Under the pieces are notes generated by a model. That model did no database searches. It was given only the letters and a program-made list of their open reading frames with translations, and was not told the origin of the DNA. Below are positions 58,730 through 64,000 of a stretch of 64,000 nt of DNA, piece after piece. The DNA lies in NCBI GenBank assembly GCA_951406725.2, contig OX597816.1, positions 32,426,001-32,490,000 of the forward strand, read 5' to 3'. Position 1 is the first letter of the stretch, and each line of letters begins with the position of its first letter. The position numbers and the translations under genes are program-made. The stretch is from Octopus vulgaris. Taxonomy: Eukaryota.

Positions 58730-60080
58730 TCCCTGCCACTGCCTCGTATCGTTTTTAATCAGTCCACATCGATGCTTTTGCCTGACATGAGATTAAGACG
58801 GTGACATCATCCAGGCATGCCGACACTGTTCTCCGACATCGTGCGGGAAAGCCTTTCAACGCCTCTAATTCCCTCACTCTTGGCCCCGAGACAGTACACA
58901 TACAAGACACGAGATGGGGAAACCTTGACGCATGAAGCGCTTGATGCTGTGTTGTTCCGATAGGCATCCATTAACCTGAACAACCTAGCAGCCCTAAAAA
59001 CGGCTGCCAAATGCTGGTGTTCGACATTATCGAAGGTTTTTGATTGATCCCGATTGGTTATGACCCCGCGCATGCCAGCTTCTTTACCCACCCTGTCTAT
59101 GAAGTATCGCATGGTGTGGAGAGAGTGTAGATAGACCCTTTCGGGTTCGCACATTTTTGCGCAGCACGAAACAACTCAGGATGATAAGCGCCATCATTTC
59201 CACCAACGCCTTGGCCAAAAGATTGGAATCTGCGTTCAGCAGCCTTTTGGACTGAAACTTTCTATTTGATCACCCTTGCTTCGTGACCCTACTTTTGGGA
59301 CCTATGTTTTGGGACCCTTGTTTTTACCCTTTCTCATAAGTGTCGCCAATTTTCGACTCAATGAGCTACGTAATCTGACGCTCTGCTGCCGCTAGGGTTG
59401 CTATCTGCCAAGAGGCCGCCAAATAGTCTGGCATATAACAGTAAAACTCGGAGTACAACTAATCCAAAGTGATTTTCTCCCTTTGCAGTGCGTCATAAAT
59501 CCCGTATTTCCACAGCTGTAATTGACCTTCCTCAAAACCCCGCCTCATTTAACTTGTGACATGCTATCTAGGTAGGCTCTGAAATTTATCCAGCAATTCA
59601 GACTGATATTCTCCCCACAGTGTTGAGCGAAGTGCTGCATAAATACTAAACACATCTGCTCGGGATCGAGTATGATGAGCTATTGTGGTCTACCAAATAC
59701 CTAACTATGGATCAGTTACCAAGTTGCGTCTCTGTCACTTGAGATGATGGAGTGGGTTTCCCTCTTTCTTTACTTAGTGTACACACATGAGCTAGCTTTG
59801 ACAGTACATCATTGTTTGAAGAATTGCTGCAGTAACAATCCCACTGCGACCTCGCCAGTTGCAATGCCTTTTCCAAGCGTCTCACCTAAGATTCTAAATT
59901 TATTGTTTGTCTGCTGCTAATGCACTATCAAATTCATTCGATTCTACTCTAATTGTACATATTCTTGTCAAAGTTCAAACCGCTATTTGATTTTGAAGAT
60001 TGACTCCGTCAACGTTTCCTTAAATAATTTTCTAAATCGAACACAGTAAGCTTGGCCCTCTGAATTTCACTTTCAGCTTC
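58730..60080 (-). mobile_element. Degraded L1/Tx1-clade LINE ORF2 fragment
   Basis: LLNADSNLLAKAL (cf. LLN.DYKILAK.L) and LHTMRY.I......G..G..I..DQSKTFDNVEHQHL.AV (cf. LDQ.KAFDRVDH.YL). Confidence 0.7.
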
Positions 60081-60109
60081 TGGTTCCCTTGTCCCTACTA
60101 ACAAAACCT

Positions 60110-60770
60110 ATCTAGGTCGAGTGTGCAGATCACAAATTTGTGATATATGTTGCCAACGGTTTTGAAAAGTGAACGATTTATTTTATCCTTATATACTGGG
60201 CTATATATTACTCTATCTAGATAAAACCTAAATAACAGGATGCGTTTGGCCATGTACATGTTTGAATTTTTAAGATATGACAAGGATGAAGCAACGTAAA
60301 TTAACGTATCATATATTGTAACCAGTATCGACTCAATAATATCCGCTTCTATTATTTGTTGTTGCTTTCTGTTTGCTTAGGGCTCTGTGCAGAAGTCGTT
60401 CTATTAAATGTGTACCGATTATGTTTTCTATCATGGATGACGATTATTAAGTTGTTCTCAGTACACATTCTAAAATATTTCCTTGCAACTGTGTTTTTAT
60501 TATGCCGTGCCATTAGCACTTGAATATATATTAAGATCTCATCCGGCATCAAGTCACCAAATGTTATAGCTGTACAGACCACCTGCCTAGAATTATTCAC
60601 GAAGATGCCTACAGGACACTGGTCAACATACTCACAAATGTCTCTGACCGACAAAATTGTTTCCCGTTTCGAAACGCCCCGGGAATTATTTTATTCTTAG
60701 GTGTATCAAATAGGATATATTCGAGTTCCAAACATCACACCGTAACTCTGCTTTTAAGCTTTGATATATG
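60110..60770 (-). pseudogene. Putative decayed multi-PAN-domain exon
   Basis: FDTPKNKIIPG / ILSVRDICEYVDQCPVG....VVCTAITF, and further downstream FKHVHG...KSFTF....QICDLH. Frameshifted. Confidence 0.3.
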
Positions 60771-61399
60771 GCGCTATATAATCTACGTTTCGTAATGAAG
60801 AGCCTATTTATTTCTCACACGCCAAACTGTAATTACAAGTCGGGTGGATATTATAGGATATTTAATCTTGATAAGACAGAGAATATTTTCTTTCTCTCAA
60901 ATGCACTTTCATTGGAGAAAGCTGGCTTTAGTTTCGCTTAGATAATGTTGCTTATCGTCCGAGCAGTAAAAAAGATGTATATTTAAGTTATGTTTTTTTC
61001 GAAAACACAGGGAGAAAATAATCAAATTTGTTTCTCTCTTATTGAATAGAACACGAACATACTTGCACGTTATGTTGTTTCTGTATATGATGTAATTCAA
61101 ATACATATATTTTCTATTCATTCATGTTTGGATTTGCTTAGCACGATTCTTTATGTGAGTTCGTGTGTCTGGAGAGAGTCAATCTCTCTTATTTCTTTAT
61201 CATTTAACACACTCACCGGTAAAATTTCCACTCGTTTACTTTTCTGTTTTGTTCGTTCTTACTTGTATCAGTCATTTGACTGCGGCCAGCCTGGAGCACC
61301 GCATTTATTGATTTTCTACAGTTTTCGTTGCATCTTGCAACCTTTTCGATTGTTGTTGACTCTGTCCCTTATTCACGCTGCGTTCTTTTTGTTTGTGCG

Positions 61400-61830
61400 C
61401 ATGTGTGTGAGTTAGTGTGTGCGCATTCATATGTATGTATGCATGTAAGTGTATGTATGCATCTATTTATGTGTGTGTACGCGTGTGTATATATGTATGT
61501 ATGTGTATATGTTTATATGTATGTATTCTGTATATTAATGTGTTTGGGTGTTTGTGTGTTTGTGTGTTTGTATGCGTGTGTGTGTGTATGTTTGCATATG
61601 TGTGTGTAATTCTGTCTCCTTGTGTGTGCATGTAAGAGTGTGTCTGTGTGTATATGGTTTTTTGCGACTGTGTACTATGCGTATAGATGTGTATCTCCAT
61701 ATTTGTGGACGTGTGTCTTTATATGTGTCCTTGCATGAATTAACATGTGTATGTATATGTCAATGTGTTTAAATCTTCATTTGCGTGTGTGTGTGTGCAT
61801 GTGTGCTTGTCTCTTCATATTACCTATGTA
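61400..61830. repeat. Degenerate (TG)/(TATG)-rich low-complexity tract
   Basis: Directly visible. Confidence 0.9.
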
Positions 61831-63191
61831 CCTATCCGTCTGTATGTCTATCTGTTTACTTTCATATATATTTGCCTACATACATATGCTTATACATATA
61901 CATATATACACGAGCATTATTAATATTTTGCGTTTAAATTTAAGCATTATTTTTGTTTGTCTATTCCGTGTGAAATGAATTTGAGCATTTACATTCTTTC
62001 CTTTTATGGGCGTGACATGAAGTATTCATGCCTATTTTTTTCTTTTATGTGACAAAATGAGAATCACAACATTTTGTCAAAGCAAAAGCCCACCCTTCAT
62101 TCTATTCTTTTATAAGCCCCGCAAGGATAAACTTTAATCTGTAATGACACGAATGAGTTATTTTTCTGATATTTTTCATATTTCTATTCTAATTCTTTTT
62201 CTGCTGCAGTTATTTATACTGTTGCACGTATTGAAAATATGGCAATTCCTCTTGTCCACGATTATAACAACTTCACTTCTAACTGTAAGAAGAGTAGTAC
62301 GTCTTATACTGATCGATGTAATTTGTGGCAGTATTTTTACAAGTTCTGGGTAACATTAATCAGTTAAATCTATAATAATCTATGAACTATCAACAAATAA
62401 TATGATACGAGGTTCGTTCATTAACGATTTCCCCTGATCCACCTCCGGTTATTACAGGATACGGAAGTTGTACAGTTGCAATGATATATATCTCACATTT
62501 TAAAGTACTGCATTCCTCTAATATTTGTGTATTTCAGTCCTTGGAAAGTGGGTAAAGGGAAATCTTTAATGTACACTCCACGTATATCAAAAACTGACGT
62601 AAAATATATAGTTGTAAGGATTCAGATAATCTGTAAGAAATCCATAATAATCTTTCAAAAACGAGAGGAAATGATCTGAAGACGATTTCACTGCCATATT
62701 AGGAGGCTAAACCTGTATAAGACCCACCATGTGAGTACGAAAACGGCATGTTGCTAAAATTATTGGCAACAAATAAAATGTATGTATGTGTATTTATATA
62801 TACTAACACATGCGTTTATATATGTATATATATATATATATATAAATTCAACAACAATTGAGGAACGGCTATAATAGGCCGTTCGACCCACTAGAAATAG
62901 CAGCCAGGGCTCCAACCGCAAATAGTAATAATTCCGAAATCTAAGGAACAATTAAAAAAACATTTACCCTGTTCTTCTTTAGACAATGCATTGTTTCGGC
63001 GTTTTTTAATGGTAAACCAGCCTGATTAAATTAAATTAAACTTAATCAAGTCAATCTTCCAAAAGGCCAACGCGCTCATCAGTAAAGGAGCCAGAAGGGA
63101 CAGAAATTACACGAGGCAGCTACAACCATGCCTAGTTAACATCTGACCTAAAATTTTCAAAACCATCGTACTCGTGCCAAATCTTAGCAGG

Positions 63192-63320
63192 GAAGAAGAA
63201 AAAGAAGAAGAAGAAGAAGAAGAAGGAGGAGGAGGAGGAGGAGGAGGAGAAGGATGAGGAGAAGAAGAAGGAGGAGGAGGAGGAGGAGGAGAAGGAGGAG
63301 GAGGAGAAGAAGAAGAAGAA

Positions 63321-63352
<32 letters not shown>

Positions 63353-63356
63353 AGAA
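63192..63356. repeat. (GAA)n/(GGA)n microsatellite
   Basis: Directly visible. Confidence 0.95.
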
Positions 63357-64000
63357 TACGGGAGTACAATGTCAGTAGTAGGATGGCAAATGGTCAAGTG
63401 CCCTGAAAGTGATTTGTTGTGGATGGTAGAAGTAATTGAATTCTTGAGACATCTCTTTAGAATGTATTGTTTAGAAAAGTTGCGTAGGTGTTATTATCAA
63501 CAGAAATAGTACTAAAGTTAGGAAGGAGGTGGTGTAGAGGAAGACGACGAAAAAGGAGAAAGAGAAGGGGGAATAATAGAGGAATGCAGGCTCTATAATT
63601 GTAGTAGGAAGTTGAATGGTCAAGTGACGCATAAGTGACTCGTTATGGATTATAGCAGTAATCGGGAACGTTTTTATTGAATTCTTGGGAATCTCTTTGA
63701 GTGCATCGTTTTTTCATATTTTCGTATGCGTACGTGTTATCCTCAGGTTGTGGTGGATATGTCGTTTGTTCTAGATGCGTTCAAAATGGGTCTGTATTTT
63801 GTAATAAACAGAGTCTCTTTACTATTTCATCGGCAACAGGTTGTATTGTCCCTGAATTGGTAGAGGGGAAACATTCTGAAGCTTGGATATTTGTTATTGG
63901 CGCAAATATCGACATGTTGGCTGAAAGCAATTTTTCTGTTTTGGGGAATTTTGATCTGGAAACACTGCAAAGCCATCCTTTTACGTAGACTGTTTTCGTT

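Overview
This is eukaryotic, AT-rich, extremely microsatellite-rich DNA. The SINE families and repeat landscape resemble an octopus (coleoid cephalopod) genome, which is an inference from recognised repeats. I found no intact host protein-coding gene, rRNA, CRISPR array or prokaryotic system, and most long ORFs in the track are microsatellite artefacts. The window is a mosaic of decayed transposons: Helitrons, HERO and R4/Dong RLE-LINEs, CR1 and Tx1/L1 fragments, mariner/Tc1 copies, a Chapaev3 element nested in a Dong LINE, tRNA-derived SINEs with TSDs, and two hairpin elements. The best-preserved coding sequence is a 5'-truncated Penelope-like retroelement (RT plus C-terminal GIY-YIG, about 33905-37090). 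It has two nonsense codons, long Ser/Asn-rich linker insertions and a well-formed hammerhead ribozyme in its 3' region. Between the repeats are faint, frameshifted exon-like relics resembling PAN/apple, NIDO and possibly AMOP domains on both strands, suggesting a dead cluster of extracellular NIDO/PAN genes. All family assignments come from motif recognition by eye; no searches were run.
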